Source: Octopus sinensis
Lineage: Eukaryota
Direction: 5' to 3'
DNA: 64,000 nt
Assembly: GCF_006345805.1 (NCBI RefSeq)
Contig: NC_042998.1
Coordinates: forward strand, 4,526,001-4,590,000
Shown here: positions 1 to 9,985 of the stretch, in pieces
Numbering within the stretch: position 1 is the first letter of the stretch
Layout: each line of letters starts with the position of its first letter
Notes under the pieces: generated by a model
Seen by the model: only the letters and a program-made list of their open reading frames with translations
Told to the model about the DNA's origin: nothing
The model's database searches: none
Made by a program: the position numbers and the translations under genes

Positions 1-405
1 CTTAAGTTGGTTTCTGCATCTCTGTACGCCTTTTTTACTTTTGATCCAATACATCCTTTTACCTATGCATTTAGGAATTACACCATCTTCCCAAGTCTGC
101 TTTCCATTCTTGGATGACCTCATATACACCTTTTCATCAATTTTAAAGAATCTTGCTGTCTTCCCTAGCACTTTCTCTTTCCTTCGCAGGTAATAATTTA
201 TCAAATACTGATTTTACACTCCTTGTGAACATCAGTTCCGCCAGTGACATATCTGCGGGTGTATTCGGATTTTGTGTCACATGGTATATTCTTAAAAACT
301 GTTGTAGAACTATCTCATTCGTGACACCCTTATTCGATTTTCTTAGAGCTCTCTTGAAGGTATCGACAAAGCGTTCTGCCTGTCCGTTAGATCAGGGATG
401 ATACT
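1..405 (-). mobile_element. Ty3/Gypsy-type integrase C-terminal remnant (decayed; runs off window start)
   Basis: Manual minus-strand translation: AQYHP*SNGQAERFVDTFKRALRK...LQQFLRIYHVTQNPNTPADMSLAELMFTRSVKSVFDKLLP, then after a frameshift FKIDEKVYMR...WEDGVIPKCIGKRMYWI...RNQLK. Matches the YHPxSNGxAER integrase motif and the downstream SH3-like region; contains a stop and a frameshift. Confidence 0.85.
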
Positions 406-1162
406 GCGCAAATCTAATTTTACAGGTTTAAGTAAATTTATCTGGCAATTAAAAGATAATGATACTAATTTCGATTTCAAATGGGATATAATTATTTTAC
501 ACCATCTTATAAAGTCAATGAAAGAAAAATGTTCTCTTCGTATAACTGAGGCATTTTTTCTATTTCAAAATCTAAAAAATACTTTTTTATTTCAAAATCT
601 AAAAAATACTCTACTTAGAAACGAAAAAAGGATTTCCTGTATTCAAGCGAGAAAATATGTATTTTCTACATTTAAATAACCAGCTTATTATCTCTTTCGT
701 TACTATAGTTGCACATACATAAAAGATGATATAATTACTTATCAGTACCGTTTAGAGAGTTAACAATTCCAATATTCCATATTTTCGATTTAGATGACAA
801 TTTACCGCTCCGTCTAAAAATAACCTATCCAATCTTTGCAATGAGATAAATATTTTTATATTACATATTAATGTAGTAATATCAGCATCTCCCAAATTTT
901 AAACTAAACATTCTGAATATCCCAATTTTTCTCTCTCACCAGACCAATTGTAAATACCCCTATAATAGCATACTCTACTCAGATAAAATTCTTCATCTTC
1001 ATAGGACATACGAATTAAGGCATAGAGTTTCATCAGAGTAAAAAAACAAGTGCATCTAATGTAAACAAAGGGAAGAAGGAATAGCAAAGGAAACATAGCG
1101 CAGAAAAGAAGTATAGAAACCAAATATACTAAAAGAATGAATACATGCATACACGCACACAA

Positions 1163-1215
<53 letters not shown>

Positions 1216-1239
1216 CACATATATATATATCAAACAAGG

Positions 1240-1607
1240 AAAGGAAATGGGAATTAGGAAGTTAATAATTGTTTAGCATGAACAGCAAATTCGTCATCTT
1301 CACTTACAAATGTTTTAATTAATACTCAAGCAACATTAAATTTACATTTACGTAACATGAGCACAATATCATCAGAGGACAAAAAAGATATACGTGTGGA
1401 TTTTATATGTGTACTAAGGAATTCATGAATTCATAAGCACGCATATAGCATCCACATGTATATCTTTTTTGTCCTCTGATGATATTGTTCTCACGTCACG
1501 TAAATATAAATTTAATGTTTATTGAGTATTGAAACGGTTGTAAGTGAAGATGACCAGATTGTTGTAAATAATAAACAATTAACTTCCTAATCACCATTTT
1601 CGTTTTT
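1240..1607. repeat. ~365-bp spacerless imperfect palindrome (foldback/MITE-like)
   Basis: Arms are reverse complements around GAATTC-AT-GAATTC (1419-1432). A 31-bp perfect inverted match lies at 1363-1393 / 1458-1488, and similarity continues out to ~1240 / ~1607. Confidence 0.85.
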
Positions 1608-1741
1608 CTTTTAACTGAATATAAACTATGTTTGTATACATACCTATTATTTTAAGGAAATTCATTCCCAAAATACTAGGTACTGAACTAATTTCCTCGG
1701 ATGATGAAACCGTCCCTTAATTAGGTTGACATATTCTCTAA

Positions 1742-1749
1742 TTATATAT

Positions 1750-1833
<84 letters not shown>

Positions 1834-1920
1834 TAGATATATAATCATATATAATATATAATATATATATATATATAATATATATATGTATGTATGTATG
1901 TGTGTGTGTGTACATACATG
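1742..1920. repeat. (TA)n / (TATG)n / (TG)n compound microsatellite
   Basis: Direct reading of the sequence. Confidence 0.95.
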
Positions 1921-2224
1921 TAGAAACTATCATTGTAATAAATATTCAAATTCTCTAAAATATATGCTAATAAAACGTTTTCACTGTCATCCAGAATTAG
2001 TAAATTTCGAAGTGAATTGGTTAACTATCCCCAACAATCAGACTCCACTAAAAGTAAGTAGAATCCACTTTCAAGGTTAATCCCCATGTATGACAAGTTC
2101 ATCCAAATATTGTTAAGAAGAATGTCGAGAAAATCACAGTATTTGACACCAAACAATACGTATAGAAAAAAATTATATCTTTATTGCAGGATTGACCTTA
2201 CATGCCTACAATTGTTTCTATTGT

Positions 2225-2248
2225 ATTGACATTATATCTATCTATCTA

Positions 2249-2310
<62 letters not shown>

Positions 2311-2345
2311 TACATACATACATACATACACACACACACACGCAA

Positions 2346-2389
<44 letters not shown>

Positions 2390-2692
2390 GTAGAGGGAGA
2401 GAGAGAGAGAGAGTGTGTGTGTGTTCTGGAAATACCTTGATACAGTAATAATATTTAGAGAGAAGATATTTTCTCAAAGAGTAAAGATTGAGAAAGGAAC
2501 CGTTTTAGAAAGTCGAAAGACATTAACCTTTTGGAAGAGATTTCACAAAATGTGTAGGGTTTGCTTTTGTGAAATCTCTTCCCAATGTTAGTGTCGTTCG
2601 ACTTTCTAAAACGATTTTTTCTTAATCTTATCTTCTCTTCAAATATATATATATATATTATATATATATATATATATATATGTGTGGTGTGT

Positions 2693-2744
<52 letters not shown>

Positions 2745-2800
2745 TGTGTATGTGTGTGTGTGATTCGTGTGTGTGTACGTGTTTTGTATGTATGTTTATT
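2225..2800. repeat. Two compound microsatellite blocks (TCTA/TC/TA/CATA/CA/GA at 2225-2425; TA/TG at 2643-2800)
   Basis: Direct reading of the sequence. Confidence 0.9.
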
Positions 2801-2834
2801 ACCCTCTCATAAGCGTCAGAATTAATTTAAAGTC

Positions 2835-3545
2835 TAGGAACCTAATTTTAATGCTGGTTCACAAGTTAGACTTATATACCCATTGAAATTAGATGTTGGT
2901 AAGATTAGTAAATTCATTACTGATAAACTTATTCTTAAGCTTAAACAAAATATTATTATTTGGGGAGGGGGGATCTCATGCCTTGGAGGTTATTGAATGG
3001 TTCATTAACATTAAGGATGATAAACGTACAAAATTCATCCAGCCAGGTATTTCTAATTATTTTTCATTCATCAAATCTATCTTACTGAATAAATCCTTAA
3101 TTTTCACTATGAAAAATTTAGAGGTATCCAAACGTGATGTCGACATAATACTAGTGGCTAGAAAAACATAATTGATTTCGATGGAATGTACTGGACTATA
3201 ACTGATAAACCTGATTATTTTGACATTTCTATGCGGTCGAATGACTCGACTCAAATAACCGATTTAGTAGGTATCTATATTCTTAATTTTATATATAATT
3301 TTCTGATATAGGAGGTGGATTATAAAGTGATGACATTATATTCACTATAAATAGATCTAATAAGATTAATTTAGAAAGGCTTAATAAAAATGTGTTCAGA
3401 ATCTTTAAATACCTTGATCACTCTGTCGCCATAGAAAATGACTATACTAAACGTCTTGATGTTACTTTTCATTTAAGAACTATACCAACCATATCTTAAG
3501 CCAAATCAGAGCTTTTAAGTTATGTAAATAAAAATTCTAATCATT
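2835..3545 (+). mobile_element. Decayed Penelope-like reverse transcriptase, YRDD-type lineage (possibly Naiad-like)
   Basis: Fragments: VIEWFINIKDDKRTKFIQPGISNYF...LLNKSLIF...DVDIILVARKT; FDISMRSNDSTQITDLVGIYILN; GGL*SDDII; LDVTFHL...YVNKNSNH. These parallel the motifs VIxWF..KFIQFDI..FYPSI, FDVTMGSYDGAE.C.LVG.YIL, GLYRDDGL, FLDVT and YVNxxSNHP. Many stops and frameshifts. Confidence 0.72.
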
Positions 3546-3736
3546 CATGAAGCATAATATATTTTATCATTATATGCATATGCATATACACACTAATACA
3601 TACAGTTCTCTGTTTCTGTATCTGTTAGTCTGTCCATTTCTCTACACGTGTGAGTATGTCTGTGTGTGTGCTTACTCAAAGGTAGGCCTACTCAGATGTA
3701 CATATATGTACATAAGTCAATATACATATATGTATC

Positions 3737-3770
<34 letters not shown>

Positions 3771-3771
3771 T

Positions 3772-3966
3772 GCGACCGCGTGTGTACCGTTGGCAATTTT
3801 TTTTCCTCCGTCTTCCCTTCTTTGGATCTTTCCTTTTCCTGTGTTTCTGACGAAGAGCTCCACTCGAAACGTTAAACCCTCCTTCTTTCCTGAGCGTCCA
3901 ATAATACTATACTTGTTCCACGTCCTCGCGTTGTTATGTTTTCTCTTTGTGTTTTCATGTTTAGAT

Positions 3967-3970
<4 letters not shown>
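3772..3970 (+). mobile_element. Solo PLE pseudo-LTR-like module with a hammerhead motif, flanked by (TA)n on both sides
   Basis: Contains the HHR at 3843-3877 and shares TTCCTGAGCG..ATA.TAATAC..A.TTGTT with the PLE 3' module at 8565-8595. TA tracts at 3735-3760 and 3970-4016. Confidence 0.6.
3843..3877 (+). ncRNA. Minimal type I hammerhead ribozyme motif
   Basis: GTTT-CTGACGA-A-GAG-CTCCA-CTC-GAA-ACGT-T-AAAC: stem I GTTT/AAAC, intact CUGANGA and GAAA cores, one extra A before stem II, palindromic ACGT stem III of the kind seen in dimer-forming PLE hammerheads. Confidence 0.75.
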
Positions 3971-4021
<51 letters not shown>

Positions 4022-4324
4022 TATCACTTTGATATACACCTGTAGCGTTTTTGGTTCCTTTGCCTTTATGCCCTGCGATTCTTCTTACCATCATCCTCCT
4101 CTTACGTCAAGGATGTCGTCCCGTAAAGCACATTCTGTGTCAATGTCTGAGAGAAAATGTTAATCGAGGAAACTTTATTGGCTCGAATTGCGTAACTACT
4201 TTCCCTGTAAATTATAAATATATATACACGCATCACAGGCAACATCAATGCGATAAGAGAAATTCTCCCAGTCGCGTATCAGCATATCAGGAACCACTGA
4301 TGTAATGAAATCTCTGTCCCCATG

Positions 4325-5150
4325 GAAAAGAACTGACAACCAAAGAAATTGACTTTCTAACAAACTTTAAATGCAAACCCAGCCTTTTCTGCGGTCTACC
4401 AAAAATCCACAAATGCCAGATTATAAATGAAACCATTAAAAAATCATCAAAGACGCTCATACATACATCAAACCTCGGGGACCGAAAACTACGACCCAAG
4501 AACTCAAAAACACAATAATTTACAGACACTACCCAGTTCAACTCATAGAGGAGGGAATCAGACGTGCAACACAAATCGACATAGAAACTTTAAAAAAAGT
4601 TCAACACAGTAACACACCTTCCCCGAAAATACTGCTGTCCATATCCACATACAACCACAGAAACAAAGAAGCCTTCACCATCATCAGCCAAAATTTACCA
4701 ATGCTACATAAGGACCCCAAATTAAAGGCAATTTTATACACACGTAAGATAATTAAAAGCCACAAGCAACCGAAATCACTTAAAAATGTGGTCGACCAAA
4801 TTGCGGAACATGCCCAAACCTTCTAGAAGAATCAGAATTTCTTTTCAAAGAGGGACAAAAATTCAAAATCAAATCTGACTTTACTTGTGCTTCAGAAAAC
4901 CTAATTTATGTTATATGATGCTCGGGCTTCCACGAAAACTACATAGGGTCCACGGGATTATCGCTCAGACGCAGATACACTCTGCACCGACAGCAGATTG
5001 CACTCCCAGAATACAGAATGATACCCTTTAGTGATTATATTGAGAAATGCGGAAAGCAACTGCTACCACACTTTGTAATCTTCCAGAGGGTAACCGACCG
5101 CACAGAGTTCCAAAGGAACAATATAGAGATCCTCTCAAGAAACCCCTCAA
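4325..5150 (+). mobile_element. Internally deleted Penelope-like element (RT start fused to thumb/linker and GIY-YIG endonuclease)
   Basis: LTTKEIDFLTNFKCKPSLFCGLPKIHK (PLE RT start), then YPVQLIEEGIRRA, STYN...KQPKSLKN, CGRPNCGTCP, FTCASENLIYVI*C...YIGSTG..LRRR...HRQQI (Neptune-type GIY-YIG). The RT core is missing. Confidence 0.8.
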
Positions 5151-5164
5151 GCTCTGCAACATGA

Positions 5165-5470
5165 ATCACTGGCCGCAGGCCGTATTAGCTGGAGGGGTAT
5201 AGTCAAAACTGATACGCAGCGTTTTGATGATAAGCGGACTAGACTTCGCGAAGAAAAGCCGAGAAAGCCCTAGGAACGCCAGCAAAATCATAGACGAGCT
5301 CATCATAATCGGAGCCCTCTTCGCTGCTTTGAGTTTAATCGGGCCTGTGCCTCCAGAATTGGCATTTTCGGCCATGAGAGGACCTGCCATCGCCATCAAG
5401 TCAACCCCTAAGTATCAAAGACAGCGTCGTCATTCGCCAAGATGGACAGCGTGAAGCAAAAGCAAGCAAG
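5165..5470 (+). mobile_element. RTE (BovB-like) LINE 3' end
   Basis: LAAGRISWRGIVKTDTQRFDDKRTRLREEK...NRACASRIGIFGHERTC matches the RTE C-terminal DRxxWR and CxSRIGLxSHxRxC motifs; a short 3' UTR ends in (CAAG)-like repeats. Confidence 0.7.
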
Positions 5471-5491
5471 ATATATATATATATATATATA

Positions 5492-5964
5492 TAAACAAAT
5501 TCAAAATGCGATAAAATAAAATTATTATCGCCGGTGTTTCTAGCACAGGCCATATATTATTCATATATAAGTACATTAAAGGCGAAGTATGTACAAGAAA
5601 CACAGAAGCTTGATAAATTTAGTGAAATGAAAATAAAAATATTTACTAACTCTGTTCATCTTAGACTGCAGTTTCGCCTTTTTCAGCAATAAAAATAATA
5701 TTTATTTACTCAGGTAGGCTCTTCAGTAAGATTCCTGTTATTAAGAAACGCAACTCGATAGATACATGTGCGTCTACTAAATTGCTCTTTCTAACTAATC
5801 AGATCGCTGCGCAGACGCAGAACGAACCCGACAAACTAGGGACTTCTGGTATATAGTCTAACGCTCAAAATTTATCGAGAAATATGTAAACAAATTCAAA
5901 ATGCGATAAAATAAAATTAATTATTATCGCTGGTGGTTCTAGCACAGGCCATATATTATTCATA

Positions 5965-5966
<2 letters not shown>
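5492..5966 (-). mobile_element. Non-coding hammerhead-bearing element: 395-bp unit plus ~76-bp terminal redundancy, inserted in (TA)n
   Basis: Direct repeats at 5492-5567 and 5887-5966 (two substitutions, one 4-nt indel) flank a central HHR; TA tracts lie on both sides. A fragment of the same terminus occurs inverted at ~9001-9040. Confidence 0.72.
5644..5743 (-). ncRNA. Type I hammerhead ribozyme with intact core
   Basis: Minus strand: TAATAAC-AGGA-ATCTTA-CTGAAGA-GCCT-(AU-rich hairpin)-AGGC-GAAAC-TGCA-GTC/TAAGAT-GAACAGA-GTTAGTA. Stem I is 6 bp plus a distal helix (6 of 7 pairs) across an internal loop; stem II GCCT/AGGC; stem III palindrome ACTGCAGT; GUC cleavage predicted between 5664 and 5663. 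Confidence 0.9.
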
Positions 5967-6039
<73 letters not shown>

Positions 6040-6051
6040 ATATATAATATA

Positions 6052-6092
<41 letters not shown>

Positions 6093-7720
6093 CTCTACTG
6101 TCCACGACCTCATCTCGTCCTCCCGTCTCCCCCGCACCGCATCCAACCTAATTGTGCGAACCCCACGTACCCCCACCATTTACTTCCTCCCCAAAATCCC
6201 CAAACCAACAACCCTGGCCGCCCCATCGTCTCCGCCTGTAACTGCCCCACGGAGCTCATCTCTAAATACCTCGACCGTGTCCTTGCCCCCTAGTGGCATC
6301 TCTTCCCTCCCATATCCACGATACCAACCATGCTCTCCGGCTTTTCAACTCTTTCTCCTTTCCTCCCGGCTCCTCCAAAATCCTTTTTACTATGGACATC
6401 CAAAGCTCTATACTGTTGTCCCTCACCACGAGGACTGCAGGCCCTTCGACACTTTCTTGACCTCCGCTCTAACCCTGTACCTGACACCTCCACACTCATT
6501 CGTCTGGCCGAACTTGTCCTTACTCTGAACTGCTTCTCGTTCGCGGGCGAGTTCTACCATCAGTTCTCGGGAGTGGCCATGGGAACGCGAATGGGCCCCA
6601 ACTATGCGAACCTGTTCGTTGGCTATGTTGAGGCCCAAATATTCTCTAATTTCACTGGTCCCACTCCTGAAACTAATGGTCGTTACATTGACGACATTAT
6701 CGGTGCCACCTCACTCTCCCGCGAACATCTAGATTCTCCTCTCTTTTCGCATCCAATCTTCCATCCAGCCCTCCACTTCACTTCCACTATCTCCAACACC
6801 TCTGTCTCCTTCCTCGACATTTCGGTTAGCATTCTTCACTCCACTCTTACCACCTCCATTCACTACAAACACACAGACTCACACTCATACCTCAACTTCT
6901 CTTCCTCCCACCCAGAACACACCAAGCTTTCCATCGCCTATTCCCAATTCCTCCGTCTATGTAGGCTCTGTAGTGACGACCATGACTTTGAGACTCAGTC
7001 TCAACGTATGGCTCACCACTTCACCCTACGTGGATACCCCGTCAACACTATCCACACCGCCCTTGCCAGAGCACGATCCGTGGACCGTGTATCTGCTCTC
7101 TCTCCCCGAACCCGCCCTGTAGTCTCCCGCCTCCCTTTTCCCCTCACTTACCACCCCACGACCCTACGTCTCCAACGCACCATTCTTCGAGCTTTCCGTC
7201 ATCTCCAGTCCGACCCCTCCCCTCTTTCAAACGAGCCCACAACCTTCGAGACCTTTTGGTCCATAGCTCCTTCCCTGACCCTACCTCCCAACCCGGCTCG
7301 TTCCCCTGCTCCCGCCCACGTTGCCGCACTTGCCCTTACCTCTCCAACACCACCCGCCTCACTAGCACCCACCATCGACCCTATCCCATCATCCACTCCT
7401 TCACCTGCACCTCCAGCAATATTATCTATTGCATCTCTTGCTCTCTCTGCAATTCCTTGTACATCGGACAAACGGGACGCCGCTTGGCTGACCGGTTCGC
7501 GGAACACCTTCGTGACATCCACCTTGCGAACGACACACCGGTCTCACGCCATTTCCGCTCCACCGGTCACTCTTGCAACACCTATCTGTGTTCGGTTTGT
7601 CCTTACACAGAGGCCATCCGGATTCCCGTTTGCGCCGTGAACAGGAATTAATCTTCTCTCTTCGCTCTTATACGCCATTTGGTCTCAACTCTTCCCCCTC
7701 CTCATCTAACCCACCCTCTC
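6093..7720 (+). pseudogene. PLE RT plus GIY-YIG ORF, frameshifted across ORFs 6154-6528, 6330-7640, 7256-7651 and 7573-8022
   Basis: Consecutive domain pieces lie in different frames of the supplied ORF track. Confidence 0.85.
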
Positions 7721-7975
7721 CCCCCTCCTCACCTATCCTTTCCCCCCGACCCCTACTTCTTCAGTCCTTCCTCCTTTCACCCCTACTCCCCTTCCCTTCT
7801 TCCCTCTTTCTCCCTCCCTCCTTCCCTCTTCCCCTTCCCTCTGCTCCCTCACTCCCTCTCTCCCCTTCTCTCTCCCCCTCTCCCTCTTTCCTCATTCATC
7901 CCCCCTCATCCCCTTCCTTCTCCCCCATCCTCTCCTCTTCCCCCCTCTTCTCCCCTCCCCCTCTTCTCCTCACTA
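7690..7975. repeat. ~285-bp C/T-rich polypyrimidine tract downstream of the PLE ORF
   Basis: Almost exclusively C and T on the + strand. Confidence 0.9.
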
Positions 7976-8039
7976 CACCACATGACTTTACACATCACAT
8001 CACATATGATGTGCCATACTAATACATACACCAACTAAT

Positions 8040-8360
8040 ACATACTAATACATACTAGTACATACTAATACATACACCAACCCTATACATACACACGTCC
8101 AGACCCCGCATACGCACTTATACTCTCTCATACACACACACTTATACATACTAATACGTACTAATACATGTACTAATACATACTAATACATACTAATACA
8201 TACACCAACCCCATACATGCGCACGTCCAGACCAATCCTACGCACTAATACTCTCTCATACACACACACACACACACTCATACCCTTATACATACTAATA
8301 CATACACCAACCCTATACATACACACATCCAGACCCCTCCTACGCACTATTAGCTGGTCC
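8040..8360 (+). repeat. Three imperfect ~120-bp tandem units (CATACACCAACCC..CAGACC..TACGCACT) with TACTAATACA subrepeats
   Basis: Unit motif recurs near 8072, 8200 and 8302. Confidence 0.8.
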
Positions 8361-8508
8361 CTCAACCCTTTTATCTCCCCTTATTTCGCTCTCGCGTCTC
8401 ATGTTTGATCTTTAACCTCTGGCCGAAATCAGATCGCCATGTTGATTCGTTAGCTACTGCACGCATTTTTTTTCTCTCCTTCTTTCTGTGTTTTTTTCTC
8501 TCTGTGTA

Positions 8509-8546
8509 TCTTTCTGTTGAAGAGCGTAGGCTCGAAACGTTAAAGA
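8509..8546 (+). ncRNA. Minimal hammerhead motif, variant core (CUGUUGA)
   Basis: TCTTT-CTGTTGA-A-GAGC-GTAG-GCTC-GAA-ACGT-T-AAAGA. Stems I and II pair perfectly; A6 of the core is U. An identical inverted copy lies at 8834-8871. Confidence 0.6.
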
Positions 8547-8644
8547 CTTGTTTTATTTATATTTCCTGAGCGCCATACTAATACAATTGTTCGTTTGTTT
8601 TCCACCTGTCTTCGTCTTTTGTTTATTTTCATAAAGCTTCCCGT

Positions 8645-8734
<90 letters not shown>

Positions 8735-8737
<3 letters not shown>

Positions 8738-8903
8738 CGGGAAGCTTTATGAAAATAAACAAAAGACGAAGACAGGTGGAAAACAAACGAACAATTGTAT
8801 TAGTATGGCGCTCAGAAATATAAATAAAACAAGTCTTTAACGTTTCGAGCCTACGCTCTTCAACAGAAAGATACACAGAGAGAAAAAACACAGAGAGAAG
8901 GAG
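8735..8903 (-). mobile_element. Inverted ~170-bp copy of the PLE 3' pseudo-LTR (tail-to-tail across a TA tract)
   Basis: Reverse complement of ~8476-8645 with about three differences (one substitution, two 1-nt indels). Confidence 0.9.
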
Positions 8904-8950
8904 ATTTATATATATATATATTATATATATATATATATATATATTTATAT

Positions 8951-8984
<34 letters not shown>

Positions 8985-9179
8985 ATATTATATATATATA
9001 TTAATTAATCTTATTTTATCGCATTTTGACTTTGTTTATATATATATATATATTTATATTATTTATATATATATATATATATAATATATATATACGTATA
9101 TATATGTATACGGTATTTATTTATTAGTATATATATATATATATATATATATACGATATTTATTTATTAGTATATGTAT

Positions 9180-9211
<32 letters not shown>

Positions 9212-9404
9212 GTCTGCATCTGAAGAGAGTTTATTTCAAATGATGGCCAAAACAGGGAATATTGGTATCTATTTGATTATTAATTGTGACAACATACGTA
9301 GTCAAACTTTGTAGCTGTATTCAAATGAAACATCAGAATTCCAAATTTGCTAGCCTTAGTATGAAAAGAAAGTTTATGAATAATAATACTGAGAATCATT
9401 TCTA

Positions 9405-9985
9405 CTCTAGACTCAATGCCCGAAATTTTTTGTGGGTGGGACCAGTCGATTAGATTAACCGCAGTACGCAACTGGTACTTATTTTATCGACCCTGAAAGG
9501 ATGAAAGTCAAAGTCGACCTCGGTGGAATTTGAACTCAGAACGCAGCGGCAGACGAAATACCTATTTCTTTACTACCCACAAGGGGTTAAACACAGAGTG
9601 GACAAACAAGGACAGACAAACGGATTAAGTCGATTATATCGACCCCACTGCGTAACTAGTACTTATTTAATAGACCCCGAAAGGATGAAAGTCAAAGTCG
9701 ACCTCGGCGGAATTTGAACTCAGAACGCAGCGGCAGACGAAATACCTATTTCTACTTCTTTACTATCCACAAGGGGCTAAACACAGAGAGGACAAACAAG
9801 GACAGACAAACGGATTAAGTCAATTATATCGACCCCAGTTCGTAACTAGTACTTATTTAATCGACCCCGAAAGGATGAAAAGCAAAGTCGACCTCGGCGG
9901 AATTTGAACTTCCAACGTAACGCCTGACGAAATACCGCTAAGCATTTCGCCCGGCGTGCTAACGTTTCTGCCAGCTCACCACCTT
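9405..9985 (-). mobile_element. tRNA-derived SINE, head-to-tail trimer
   Basis: Head GGTGAGCTGGCAGAAACGTTAGC, B-box-like GTTCAAATTCC in each unit, three ~180-bp body units. The two upstream units end in a Tx1-like tail; the last ends in a different tail. Confidence 0.85.

Larger units (their letters stand above)
6090..8645 (+). mobile_element. Penelope-like element (Neptune-type), 5'-truncated, with 3' pseudo-LTR and HHR; flanked by (TA)n
   Basis: RT motifs TIYFLPKI, GVAMGTRMGPNYANLFVGYVE, RYIDD, FLDISV, HYKHTDSHSYL. GIY-YIG: CSRPRCRTCP, NIIYCISC..C..LYIGQTGRRLADRFAEH, RREQELIFSL..PFGLN. The 3' module holds a hammerhead motif and ends in (TA)n. Confidence 0.92.

Noticed and set aside
943-1037. 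Candidate + strand exon (polypyrimidine-AG ... GT; one open frame TNCKYPYNS...)
   Set aside because: Weak donor, no recognisable peptide and no linkable neighbouring exon; needs RNA-seq.
5165-5470. GC-richer island first suspected to be an rRNA fragment or host exon
   Set aside because: No rRNA motifs; it translates to an RTE C-terminus.
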